A model generated the notes under the pieces. The model saw only the letters and a list, made by a program, of their open reading frames with translations, was not told the origin of the DNA and did no database searches. Positions 18,717 through 28,331 of a stretch of 45,682 bases of DNA are shown here, piece by piece. Numbering within the stretch: position 1 is the first letter of the stretch; the number at the start of each line of letters is the position of its first letter. Location of the stretch: sequence record SRR22947725_5371. One strand, 5' to 3'. The position numbers and the translations under genes were made by a program.

Positions 18717-20114
18717 ATGGGTAAATCAAAAAATGCCAGTAACCGCTCTCGCACTCCTCACAGCAAGAAATTCATGGACTACATCGCCTCGAACTGGGGC
18801 GAGATTGAAAGCGGTGAAATCAAAAGGTGGCCGGTTGCAGACTTCGCAGCTAAGCGCCGCGCAGAGCTAGCTAAGAAGTTCCCTGGCAAGGTGATCGTGA
18901 TTGAGGCAAGCCTTCCGAGGGTTAGAGCTAATGACACTGATTACCGCTACCGCCCAGACAGCGCCTTCACTCACCTCACAGGCTGGGGCAGCGCCACAGT
19001 CCCCGGAGCCGTATTGCTGATTGATGCCAGGGGTAAGAGCGTCAAAGAAAAGCTTTATCTGCTGCCAACTGCGGGCAAGGAGTCAGATGAGTTCTTTGCT
19101 AACCCCGCTATCGGTGAGTTCTGGGTTGGCCCGAGACCAACTCTCGTTGAGGTCGAAACTCAGCTCGGAATCAAGACTGAGGACATCAAGAAACTTGAAA
19201 AGCACCTAGAGAAACTTCCCAAGCCACTGACTCTGAAGAACAAGAAGCTTGCAACCACGCTCTCTGAGATGAGGTTTATCAAGGACGAGTGGGAGATCAG
19301 CCAGATGCGCAAGGCGGTTGAAACCACGATCGCAGGCTTTGGAGATGTTGCCGCATCGCTTCCGATTGCCTCACGCAAAGCCAGGGGCGAAAGAGTCGTT
19401 GAGACTGCCTTTTTCTCCAGAGCCCGCCAGGAGGGTTATGACATCGGCTATGAAACGATTGCGGCCTCCGGCCCACACGCCTGCATCCTGCACTGGACAA
19501 AAAACGATGGAGATGTCAAAGCCGGTGACCTAATTCTCGTTGACGCAGGTGTTGAGCTGGACTCTCTCTACACAGCAGACATCACCAGGACAATCCCGGT
19601 AACGGGAACCTTCTCCAAGCAGCAGCGCTGGGTCTACGAGACTGTCCTGGAGGCCGCAGACGCAGCATTCGCTGTGGTGAAGCCAGGTATCAAGTTCCGC
19701 GAGGTTCACAACGCCGCGATAGCCGTGATCGCAAGAAGAGTTAGCGAGCTTGGGCTAATTCCGGTAACCGCTGAGGAGGCCCTCAAGGAGGAAAACCAGC
19801 ACCACCGGAGGTATATGGTTCACGGCACCAGCCACCACCTAGGAATCGACGTTCACGATTGCGCTCAGGCTCGCAGGGAGCACTACCAGGACGGCATCTT
19901 GGCCCCTGGCATGGTCTTCACGATTGAGCCAGGCCTCTACTTCCACCAAAACGACCTGACAGTGCCAAAGGAATATCGCGGCATTGGCGTGCGGATTGAG
20001 GACAACGTGCTGGTCACCGAGGGCGGCTGTGAAAACCTAAGTGCCGGACTTCCTAGGAATCCAGAGGCAGTTGAGCGCTGGTTCGCAAGTAACCAGCTAG
20101 CTGTTGCTGGCTAG
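18717..20114 (+). CDS. pepP: Xaa-Pro aminopeptidase (M24B)
   Basis: RANDTDY.YR, DAGVE, DITRT, HGTSHHLG.DVHD, TIEPG, GVRIED; start moved to ATG 18717. Confidence 0.92.
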   Translation: MGKSKNASNRSRTPHSKKFMDYIASNWGEIESGEIKRWPVADFAAKRRAELAKKFPGKVIVIEASLPRVRANDTDYRYRPDSAFTHLTGWGSATVPGAVLLIDARGKSVKEKLYLLPTAGKESDEFFANPAIGEFWVGPRPTLVEVETQLGIKTEDIKKLEKHLEKLPKPLTLKNKKLATTLSEMRFIKDEWEISQMRKAVETTIAGFGDVAASLPIASRKARGERVVETAFFSRARQEGYDIGYETIAASGPHACILHWTKNDGDVKAGDLILVDAGVELDSLYTADITRTIPVTGTFSKQQRWVYETVLEAADAAFAVVKPGIKFREVHNAAIAVIARRVSELGLIPVTAEEALKEENQHHRRYMVHGTSHHLGIDVHDCAQARREHYQDGILAPGMVFTIEPGLYFHQNDLTVPKEYRGIGVRIEDNVLVTEGGCENLSAGLPRNPEAVERWFASNQLAVAG

Positions 20115-20603
20115 AGCTTTGTGGGCGAGGCCAGCCTGAGCCTCAGGAACAATCACCTGGTAGCGAGTTGCCACCGGCTGCTGAGACGAGACAAAAGCTC
20201 TGCGGTTTTTTGTGAAGCTGAAGCGAACGATGTTGAGCAGCATGCCAAAGCCTGAGCTGATAACCAACACCGCGGCAAACTCCTGAGGGTTATATGAGAT
20301 GCCGCCGTCTGGCATGACAGTCACACCGGCTCCAATTAGCAAGGCGAAAATGAGCCCAATCCAAAAACCCGTGAGGGCGCCCGAGGCGGCTACTCGCCCG
20401 TAGCCAAGGCGGCTCCGGATTCTCTCAACTAACACTGGGTCATGGCCAACAATCGAGACATCTGTCGCCTTGAAATCGCCCTGCAGAAGCCTGTCAACCA
20501 TTGCGGTTGCCTCTTGATAATTGGTAAATTCGCCCAGTACGTGTCCCTTGGGAACTGTGGGCCCAACCTGTTTGCTTCTAGAGTTGTTCTTGGCTTCGGA
20601 CAT
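20097..20603 (-). CDS. General stress protein-like membrane protein
   Basis: Y.EA...VD.L...F....VSIVG.D motif plus two TM helices; usual neighbour of mgtE-N. Confidence 0.75.
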   Translation of the reverse strand: MSEAKNNSRSKQVGPTVPKGHVLGEFTNYQEATAMVDRLLQGDFKATDVSIVGHDPVLVERIRSRLGYGRVAASGALTGFWIGLIFALLIGAGVTVMPDGGISYNPQEFAAVLVISSGFGMLLNIVRFSFTKNRRAFVSSQQPVATRYQVIVPEAQAGLAHKALASNS

Positions 20604-20650
20604 GTTCAAATTGTTTCACGAGTCACAAGCGGCGAGAGCGAGGTATCTCT

Positions 20651-21889
20651 ATGAGCGCAACAAGGGTATTCGTAGCTCGCCTCGTAGGATGCGGAGTATT
20701 TGATCCGCAGGGCGATCGGGTTGGCAAGGTTGTTGATGTCCTCATGGCCTACCGCAAGACCGTCGCACCAAGAGCCACTGGTTTTATCATCGAAATCTCA
20801 GGCCGGAGAAGGGTCTTTCTTCCCATCACCCGCGTGACCGCAATCGCGCCAGGTCAGGTAATTACAAATGGGCTCATTGACCTCAGGCGCTTCTCTCAGC
20901 GCGGCCAGGAGGTGAGGGCAATCGCAGAAATCCTCGGGCGAAAGGTCACACTGCTGGCAGACAAGAAGACTGCCACGATTGAAGACTTTGCGATTGAGAA
21001 AAACAAGCGAGGCGAGTGGATACAGACCGAGCTATTTGTTAGAAGGCCAAAGTCAACTGCACTGCCCTTCGCCAAGGGCCCAACCGAGTTTGTGCTCTGG
21101 CAGGACGTTGCCGAGAACAGGGAGGACCCGCAGGACCAAGATGCGCAGCAGCTTCTCAGTGCCGTGGCCGACCTCAGACCTGCTGACCTAGCAACTGCAG
21201 TTCTTGATCTCCCCGAAGACCGCATGCTCGCGCTCGCCGAGGAGCTAGACGATGAGAGGCTTGCGGATCTGCTCGAGGAGCTGCCTGAAGACGAGCAGCT
21301 AGAGATCATCAACGACCTAGAGGACCAAAGAGCCGCAGAGGTTCTGGATCTAATGGGGCCAGACGATGCTGCTGACCTTATGGCAAACCTAACCTCGGAG
21401 CGCGCGGAGGCTTTGCTAGAGCTGATGGATGATGAAGAGGCCGAGGACATCAGGCAGCTTTTGAAGTATGAGCCCTATACCGCCGGTGGTCTGATGACCC
21501 CAGAGCCAATTATCTGTGCTGCTGATACCACCGTTGCTGAGGCGCTGGCGCTAATCCGCAGGCGAGAGGTCGAGCCGGTCCTTGCGGCACAGGTTTTTGT
21601 CACCATGCCTCCCTACGAGACTCCAGCCGGAAGGTATTTGGGTGTTGTGCACTTCCAGAAGCTCTTGCGCTACCCACCCAGTGAGCGATTGGGGACACTG
21701 CTCGATAGCGAGCAGGAGCCAATCGATGCCCACACTCCGATAGGGCAGATTCACCGCGACCTTGCAACCTATGACCTTGTGGCGCTGCCGGTTATTGACA
21801 CCGAGCGGCACCTCATTGGTGCTGTGACAGTGGACGATGTCCTAGACCACCTGCTTCCCGATGACTGGCGCAGTGAGGAGGAGAGCTAA
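20651..21889 (+). CDS. MgtE intracellular N-domain/CBS protein with PRC-barrel, no TM domain
   Basis: N-terminal PRC-like region, acidic MgtE_N repeats, TAGGLMT, CBS pair ending VTVDDVLD. Confidence 0.88.
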   Translation: MSATRVFVARLVGCGVFDPQGDRVGKVVDVLMAYRKTVAPRATGFIIEISGRRRVFLPITRVTAIAPGQVITNGLIDLRRFSQRGQEVRAIAEILGRKVTLLADKKTATIEDFAIEKNKRGEWIQTELFVRRPKSTALPFAKGPTEFVLWQDVAENREDPQDQDAQQLLSAVADLRPADLATAVLDLPEDRMLALAEELDDERLADLLEELPEDEQLEIINDLEDQRAAEVLDLMGPDDAADLMANLTSERAEALLELMDDEEAEDIRQLLKYEPYTAGGLMTPEPIICAADTTVAEALALIRRREVEPVLAAQVFVTMPPYETPAGRYLGVVHFQKLLRYPPSERLGTLLDSEQEPIDAHTPIGQIHRDLATYDLVALPVIDTERHLIGAVTVDDVLDHLLPDDWRSEEES

Positions 21890-22401
21890 TGGCACGAAAC
21901 CAATCACAGCTTGAGCGACCTCTGGGCAGGCGCAGCCTCTTCCGGATGCCCTATCTGAGCCAGGAAACTGTCGGACGGGTATCTGAGCGCTTTGCCAGGG
22001 CAATGGGAACCGGTGCATTCCTAATAGCGATGACTGTGTTTGTCGCGCTCTGGCTCACCTGGAACACCCTCGCCCCCACCGGCGCTCAGTTTGATCCGAG
22101 AGCCCTGAACTTCACGCTTTTGACCCTGATTCTCTCGCTTCAGGCTTCATACGCCGCTCCGCTGATTCTTTTGGCCCAGAACCGGCAGGACGACAGGGAC
22201 CGGGTCAAGTTCGAACAGGACCGCCAAAGAGCAGAGCAAAACCTTGCTGACACCGAATACCTAGCTCGTGAGGTGGCAGCGCTGAGACTTGCCATCGAGG
22301 AGGTCGCCACCCGCGATCACGTCCGGGACGAGGTCAGGCAGGCCATGGCAGAGCTGCTCGTCGAACTGAACAAACCAAAGAACTCCAAGAAAGCCAAATG
22401 A
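21889..22401 (+). CDS. DUF1003 membrane protein
   Basis: FD...F.LLTL.LSLQASYAAPLILLAQNRQ. Confidence 0.92.
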   Translation: MARNQSQLERPLGRRSLFRMPYLSQETVGRVSERFARAMGTGAFLIAMTVFVALWLTWNTLAPTGAQFDPRALNFTLLTLILSLQASYAAPLILLAQNRQDDRDRVKFEQDRQRAEQNLADTEYLAREVAALRLAIEEVATRDHVRDEVRQAMAELLVELNKPKNSKKAK

Positions 22402-23501
22402 GCGAAAAGGCACTTGCCGCACTCAGCTCCGTGATCGACCCAGAGCTTCGCAGACCTATTAACGAGCTTGGCATGGTCGGGGATATCGAAGAGACCGGCA
22501 ACAGTGTGAGTGCGGTTATCAAATTGACCATCGTGGGTTGCCCTGCGGCCCAGGCAATCGAGCGCGATGTAACGAGTGCACTTCAAGGCGTCTACGATGC
22601 CGTTCAGGTGACCATGACCACGATGAGCGCCGAAGAACGAGATGTCCTAAAAGCAAAGCTCCGGGGTAACAAACCCATTAGGCACAACCCTTTTGCCGTG
22701 GAGGGTTCACTGACGAAGGTGCTGTTCGTAGGTAGCGGCAAGGGTGGGGTCGGTAAGTCCACCATTACGGCCAACCTCGCCGTTGCCCTTGCAAAGCAGG
22801 GACACAACGTGGGGCTACTGGATGCGGACATCTTTGGCTACTCAATACCCGGCATCATGGGCATCGAGTCCCGACCCACAAAAGTCGACGAGCTAATGCT
22901 CCCGCCAATTAGCCACGACGTCCGGGTTATTTCAATTGGTTTCTTCGTTGAGGACAACAAGCCCGTTGCCTGGCGCGGTCCGATGCTGCACCGTGCCGTT
23001 GAGCAGTTTTTGACCGATGTCTACTGGTCCGATCTAGATTTCCTAGTGGTCGACCTTCCGCCGGGCACCGGCGACGTGGCAATCAGCCTTGGGCAGCTAC
23101 TGCCGGGAGCAAGCTCGATTGTGATCACGACCCCGCAGGCTGCGGCTGCGACTGTCGCGGAACGCTCGGGAGCAATTGGCCTCCAAACTGGTCAGGGAAT
23201 CCTCGGTGTAATTGAAAACATGAGCTATCTCGAGATCGATGGGAACCGCCACCACATCTTTGGAAGCGGTGGTGGTGAGGCGGTTGCAACCAGACTCAGC
23301 GATATTTCCGGCGCTCCAGTAAAGCTTTTGGGTCAGATCCCGATCAGCGAGAGTCTCAGGGAGGCAAGCGATCAGGGCAGGCCGATTGTGGCAGAGAACC
23401 CAGAGGATCCGGCTGCTAAGGCAATTTGGGATATTGCAACCGAAATAGCGGCAATACCCAGAGGGCTAAGTGGGAAGAAGCTCGGGATAAATCCCGTTTA
23501 A
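22398..23501 (+). CDS. mrp: Mrp/NBP35 (ApbC) Fe-S carrier ATPase
   Basis: DPEL N-domain, SGKGGVGKS, WRGPMLH, DLPPGTGD, ENMS. Confidence 0.93.
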   Translation: MSEKALAALSSVIDPELRRPINELGMVGDIEETGNSVSAVIKLTIVGCPAAQAIERDVTSALQGVYDAVQVTMTTMSAEERDVLKAKLRGNKPIRHNPFAVEGSLTKVLFVGSGKGGVGKSTITANLAVALAKQGHNVGLLDADIFGYSIPGIMGIESRPTKVDELMLPPISHDVRVISIGFFVEDNKPVAWRGPMLHRAVEQFLTDVYWSDLDFLVVDLPPGTGDVAISLGQLLPGASSIVITTPQAAAATVAERSGAIGLQTGQGILGVIENMSYLEIDGNRHHIFGSGGGEAVATRLSDISGAPVKLLGQIPISESLREASDQGRPIVAENPEDPAAKAIWDIATEIAAIPRGLSGKKLGINPV

Positions 23502-23507
23502 TTAGCT

Positions 23508-24983
23508 ATGGCCACTATCAACGTTGTAGACCCGCTAACTGGCAACACTCTCCACGAGATCGAGTCCCACTCGGCCTCGGATGTGGCACTGAGATTTCAA
23601 AGCGCAAAAGAGGCGCAACCAGCCTGGGCCGCACTTGGTGGCAAGGCCAGGTCAAGGGTTGCTAGCAATCTGGTAGATGCCCTAATTGCTCGCCAGGAAG
23701 AGCTGATGGACATGCTCCAGCGCGAGACCGGCAAGTCCCGCTCTCACGCCTTTGAGGAGTTCACCGGCGCCCTTGCGGCAATCTCCTACTACGCCAAAGT
23801 CACACCAAAGCTGATGCGCAGACAGAAGGTCAGGGGCGGTGTGCCGCTTCTGATTACCGCATACACAGAACCCGCTCCCGTGGGAGCGGTGGGCATCGTA
23901 ACCCCCTGGAACTACCCACTCGCTCTGACCATGATGGATGTAATTCCGGCCCTCATGGCCGGCAATGCCGTTGTCCAAAAGGCTGACAACCAGACCGCCA
24001 AGACGGTCGAGCTGGCCCAGCAGATTGCGGTTTCCGCAGGAGTACCCGAGCAGGTTTGGCAGGTCGTGCACGGCGATGCGAGTGATGTTGGCAATGCCCT
24101 CATTGACCACTGTGACTACCTAGCGTTCACCGGCTCCACCGCAACGGGCAAGATTGTCGCCCAGCGCGCTGCGAGCAGACTTATTGGATACTCTCTGGAG
24201 CTCGGTGGTAAGAACCCAATGATCGTTCTCCCCGGGGCAAATGTCGCCGAGGCAGCCGAGATGGCTCTTGCCAGTGCCTTTGGAAATGCTGGACAGCTAT
24301 GCGTGGCAATCGAGAGACTCTACGTCCCAAACCACGCGATGGCAGCCTTTGAGCTCGAGCTCAAAAAGCGAGTTGAGACCCTCAAAGTCGGTTCGTCCTC
24401 CAAGTTCGAATTTGACCTTGGAGCTCTAAGCTCAGCGGCCCAACTCGAGAGAGTGAGCGGCTTCGTCAAACGAGCAATCGACGAGGGAGCTCGTCTGGTA
24501 ACCGGTGGCAGGGCACTCACAGAAGTGGGTCCAAACTTCTACGCACCGACGGTCCTAGCGGACATCCCGCACGGTGCTGAGATTCTTCACAAAGAAGTAT
24601 TCGGCCCTGTAATCGCACTTGTCGGCTATGACTCATTGGACGAGGCCGTAGAGCTTGCAAATGCCACTGAGTACGGGCTGAATGCTGCAGTGGTTGGTGA
24701 CAAGAACCAGGCGCTAAAGCTGGCCTCAAGGCTCATGGCTGGGTCGGTGAATATCAACGAAGGCTACCGAGCATCCATGGCGACCATGGCCGCGCCAATG
24801 GGCGGTATGAAGCAATCCGGTATGGATCGTCGCTCGGGTCCAAGAGGAATCCTGCGCTTTACCGAAAACCGCACCATTGGAGTTGCCAACAAGCTTCCGA
24901 TTGGCCTACCAAACAGGGCCAAGGACTACAACAGGATGGCGCCGCTGATGACCAGGCTGGCGCGCTGGATGGGGAAGATCTAG
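23508..24983 (+). CDS. NAD(P)-dependent aldehyde dehydrogenase (succinate-semialdehyde dehydrogenase-like)
   Basis: PWNYP, FTGST, LELGGKNP, GQLC, EVFGP, GGMKQSG. Confidence 0.9.
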   Translation: MATINVVDPLTGNTLHEIESHSASDVALRFQSAKEAQPAWAALGGKARSRVASNLVDALIARQEELMDMLQRETGKSRSHAFEEFTGALAAISYYAKVTPKLMRRQKVRGGVPLLITAYTEPAPVGAVGIVTPWNYPLALTMMDVIPALMAGNAVVQKADNQTAKTVELAQQIAVSAGVPEQVWQVVHGDASDVGNALIDHCDYLAFTGSTATGKIVAQRAASRLIGYSLELGGKNPMIVLPGANVAEAAEMALASAFGNAGQLCVAIERLYVPNHAMAAFELELKKRVETLKVGSSSKFEFDLGALSSAAQLERVSGFVKRAIDEGARLVTGGRALTEVGPNFYAPTVLADIPHGAEILHKEVFGPVIALVGYDSLDEAVELANATEYGLNAAVVGDKNQALKLASRLMAGSVNINEGYRASMATMAAPMGGMKQSGMDRRSGPRGILRFTENRTIGVANKLPIGLPNRAKDYNRMAPLMTRLARWMGKI

Positions 24984-24990
24984 TTCGACT

Positions 24991-25344
24991 CTAGGTTGAC
25001 TCTAGGTCGAATGGCGGGGTCTCCCCCAGCTCAAGAGGCTTCTGTGGAGGCTTCGCTCGATTCAGCGCCTCTGCAGCGTTTGGCTTTCGCTTTTCTTCCT
25101 TGAGAGCCTCGCGAACAATCCTTCGCGGATCGTATTGCCTCGGGTCTAGCTTCTTCCAGTCGACGTCCTCGAAACCATCGCCGAGCTCGCTCTTCATCTG
25201 CTCCTGGGCATTGTCAATCATGCGCTTGCCCTTCTTCACCCACTCGCCCATTTGCTTTGCGTAGTAGGGAAGCCTCTCGGGGCCGATGATCAGAACTGCA
25301 AGTAGCGCAAGCAGCAAAAGCTTTTCTGCGCTCAGACCAAACAT
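24991..25344 (-). CDS. tatB: Tat translocase subunit TatB-like
   Basis: MFGL..EKLL....IIGPERLP, DPRQYDPRRI, PFDLEST. Confidence 0.85.
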   Translation of the reverse strand: MFGLSAEKLLLLALLAVLIIGPERLPYYAKQMGEWVKKGKRMIDNAQEQMKSELGDGFEDVDWKKLDPRQYDPRRIVREALKEEKRKPNAAEALNRAKPPQKPLELGETPPFDLEST

Positions 25345-25410
25345 GCATTGGAGTTTACCCGCTATGAATGCGAGGGAAATGCCATCTCGCTACCTAAGCT
25401 TGTGCGCAAG

Positions 25411-26037
25411 ATGATTGACAAAATTGCCAGCTGGAAATTTGCCGAGGACTTTGGCTCAGAACCCAAAGACATTCAGGCCGCTCGTAAAACCGCCGAAGAG
25501 CTCGGTGTTGAATCGGTAACACCTGCAACAGGGAACCAGCTTGCTCTTATTGCAGCTATCGCAAGGGCAAAGTCAATTGCAGAGGTTGGCACCGGTGCCG
25601 GTGTTTCAGCCCTTTGGCTCCTGAGCGCAAGCGAGGATTCAGTCCTAACCACAATCGACGAAGAGCCCGAGTATCAGAACGCGGCTCGTGAGAACTTCAA
25701 AAAAGCCCAAGTTCCCCCTGCCAGAATTCGAGTTATATCGGGCCGGGCAGCCGCAGTCATGGGCAACATGGCGGAGTCCGCCTACGACCTAGTCTTTCTC
25801 GATCTTGACCCGAATGACCTCGGTGCACTGCTTACCCAGTCAGTCTTGCTCTTGAAGCCGGGAGGGGTGCTCGTCATTGCCCACGCGCTTTGGAGAGACA
25901 GGGTTCCCAACCCAGCCCTCAGGGAAGACGAGACCATCGCACTAAGAAATGCGATTTCGGGATTTAGCGATACCGATGACTTTATTTCAAGCATCTCCAT
26001 GGTCGGAGATGGTCTGTTTGTTGCGGTGAAGAAGTAA
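25411..26037 (+). CDS. O-methyltransferase (Methyltransf_3 type)
   Basis: EVGTGAGVS SAM motif, YDLVFLD, LKPGG; start probably ATG 25411. Confidence 0.88.
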   Translation: MIDKIASWKFAEDFGSEPKDIQAARKTAEELGVESVTPATGNQLALIAAIARAKSIAEVGTGAGVSALWLLSASEDSVLTTIDEEPEYQNAARENFKKAQVPPARIRVISGRAAAVMGNMAESAYDLVFLDLDPNDLGALLTQSVLLLKPGGVLVIAHALWRDRVPNPALREDETIALRNAISGFSDTDDFISSISMVGDGLFVAVKK

Positions 26038-26211
26038 CTACTTCTTAATTACACCCTCAAGGACCTTGTGGAGGGCTTTTGCCTCATCGTCATTGACGGA
26101 AACGACTAGGCGGCCGCCACCCTCAAGAGGAACACGCAAAACAATCAAACCGCGAGGCTCACGCTCCGCCTCCATGGGTCCATCACCAGTGCGAGGCTTC
26201 ATTGCTGCCAT
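26038..26211 (-). CDS. DUF3117 small protein (57 aa), absent from the ORF track
   Basis: Manual translation MAAMKPRTGDGPMEAEREPRGLIVLRVPLEGGGRLVVSVNDDEAKALHKVLEGVIKK; AAGGAG SD. Confidence 0.92.
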   Translation of the reverse strand: MAAMKPRTGDGPMEAEREPRGLIVLRVPLEGGGRLVVSVNDDEAKALHKVLEGVIKK

Positions 26212-26279
26212 GAGAAATTACTCCTTGGGAATTGCGGAAACCCCAATTATCCCAGATTTAGGCGCCTTAAGCCACCCCG

Positions 26280-27350
26280 CTATGAAGCCAGCCAGCTCCT
26301 GAGACCGCTCTCAACATCGAAAAGGTGCCCTACGGGTACGTTTTCGTTGTCTGCATGTGCCAGAGAGGGATCTCCCGGCCCGTAGTTCACCGCAGGGATG
26401 CCAAGGGCGGAAAACCTTGCCACATCAGTCCAGCCATACTTTGGCTTGGCAACTGCACCGGTCGCACTCAGGAACTCTTTTGCAAGAATCGAATCAAGCC
26501 CTGGCCTAGCACCTTCTGCAACATCCACGACCTCAAGATCGACTTCCCCAAACACCTCACGGAGGTGCGCTTCGGCATCGGAGGCTGTCTTTGAGGGTGC
26601 GAAGCGGTAGTTCACCTCGATCTTGGTGCTGTCAGGGATGACGTTCCCGGCCACACCACCAGAGATTCTGACCGCATTTAGGCTCTCTCGATACTCCAGC
26701 CCTTCGACCGCAATGGTCTGGGGTTGGTATTCGACAAGGGCATTTAGAACCGAGCTCGCGCCGTGAATGGCATTTTCACCCATCCAAGGCCTGGCGGAGT
26801 GAGCTGCCTTACCGGAGGTAGTTATTACAGCTCGCATGGTCCCGTTGCAGCCGCCCTCAACAAGAGCGCTAGTTGGTTCGCAAAGAATTGCAAAGCTGCC
26901 CTCGAGTAGTTCTGGGTGGTTCCGAGCTAGCCTGCCAAGGCCGTTCAGTGAGCTGTCCACCTCCTCGTTGTCATAGAAGATCCAGGTGATGTCTTTGCGC
27001 GGCGCAGTTAGCTCAGCGGCAAGCTTGAGCATCACGGCAACACCGCCCTTCATGTCCACCGAGCCCCTGCCGACTATCGCCTGCTCGCGCTCAAAGTGGT
27101 GAAGCTGAGCCGGGAGGTTGCCGTTTGGCGGCACCGTGTCAAGGTGACCGGCGATGATGACTCGCTCGAGCGATGAGTTGGTTTTCGCAACTATGCAGTT
27201 CTCATCCCGCATCACTTCGAGGTGATCGAATTGACTAAGGGCATCGAAAACTGCATCCGCAAGGGCCGCTTCCGAGCCCGAGACGCTCTCGATATTGCAC
27301 ACGTCTAGGGTCAGCTCAACAAGGTTTTTACCTAGATCCAGGGAGGCCAT
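26280..27350 (-). CDS. dapE: Succinyl-diaminopimelate desuccinylase
   Basis: GHLDTVP, GRGSVDMKGG, YDNEE, HSARPW, GWTDVARF; divergent from dapD. Confidence 0.93.
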   Translation of the reverse strand: MASLDLGKNLVELTLDVCNIESVSGSEAALADAVFDALSQFDHLEVMRDENCIVAKTNSSLERVIIAGHLDTVPPNGNLPAQLHHFEREQAIVGRGSVDMKGGVAVMLKLAAELTAPRKDITWIFYDNEEVDSSLNGLGRLARNHPELLEGSFAILCEPTSALVEGGCNGTMRAVITTSGKAAHSARPWMGENAIHGASSVLNALVEYQPQTIAVEGLEYRESLNAVRISGGVAGNVIPDSTKIEVNYRFAPSKTASDAEAHLREVFGEVDLEVVDVAEGARPGLDSILAKEFLSATGAVAKPKYGWTDVARFSALGIPAVNYGPGDPSLAHADNENVPVGHLFDVESGLRSWLAS

Positions 27351-27380
27351 GGCAAAAAGGCTACCTGTATTCTGGTTCGA

Positions 27381-28331
27381 ATGAGTGAAGGATACCTAGA
27401 CCAGCTGGCTTGGGGCCACGGCCTTGCGACCAAGAGCGCCTCGGGCGAGGTGCTGGACGTCTGGTTCCCTAAGGTATCCTTAGGTGAGGCACCTAAATCA
27501 GACCTTCAGTGGTTCCCACCTAAAGAACTTGAGCTAGCTGCGAAGCCCGATGAGCTCCGCGAGGTGACAAGAGAGGTAGTCAGAGTAGAGGCGGAGTTGA
27601 GCCAGAGTGTTACCTCTACAGAGGATGCCTACCTCCGTCTGCACCTAATCTCAATGCTGAAGGCGAAGCCGAACACCGTAAATCTCGACGGGCTGATTCC
27701 TCATTTGCCGATACTGGCCTTCACAAACTTTGGTCCAATACTCCCCGAGGTTATGCAGAGAAAGCGGCTCGAGCTAACGGCACATGGGGTCCAGGTTCAC
27801 TCCCTCGACAAGTTTCCAAGACTTGTTGACTACGTGATCCCCGAAAAGGTTCGCATTGCAGATGCAAACCGCGTGCGGCTCGGTGCACACCTCGCGCCAG
27901 GGACAACAGTTATGCACGAGGGATTTGTTAACTTCAACGCGGGGACCTTAGGTTCGTCGATGGTTGAGGGCAGAATCTCGCAGGGCGTGGTTGTGGGAGA
28001 CGGCTCGGACATCGGTGGCGGCGCATCCATAATGGGAACGCTCTCAGGTGGGGGCAAGCACAAGGTCTCGATCGGCCAACGTGCTCTTTTGGGCGCGAAC
28101 TCAGGAATTGGTATTTCAATTGGAGACGATTCGGTTGTCGAGGCAGGGCTCTACGTCACCGCCGGAACCAAAGTGACGCTAATAGTTGATGGAAAAACTC
28201 AGGTGGTGAAAGCCGCAGAACTAAGCGGAATGCCAGGGATGCTCTTCAGAAGAAACTCTCAAAATGGAGCTGTTGAGGCTATTGCCCGGGAAGGCCTAGG
28301 GGTAACGCTCAACTCTGAGCTTCACGCCTAA
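27381..28331 (+). CDS. dapD: Tetrahydrodipicolinate N-succinyltransferase
   Basis: DAYLRLHL, DKFPR..DYV.P, TTVMHEGFVNFNAGT, VEGRISQGV. Confidence 0.95.
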   Translation: MSEGYLDQLAWGHGLATKSASGEVLDVWFPKVSLGEAPKSDLQWFPPKELELAAKPDELREVTREVVRVEAELSQSVTSTEDAYLRLHLISMLKAKPNTVNLDGLIPHLPILAFTNFGPILPEVMQRKRLELTAHGVQVHSLDKFPRLVDYVIPEKVRIADANRVRLGAHLAPGTTVMHEGFVNFNAGTLGSSMVEGRISQGVVVGDGSDIGGGASIMGTLSGGGKHKVSIGQRALLGANSGIGISIGDDSVVEAGLYVTAGTKVTLIVDGKTQVVKAAELSGMPGMLFRRNSQNGAVEAIAREGLGVTLNSELHA

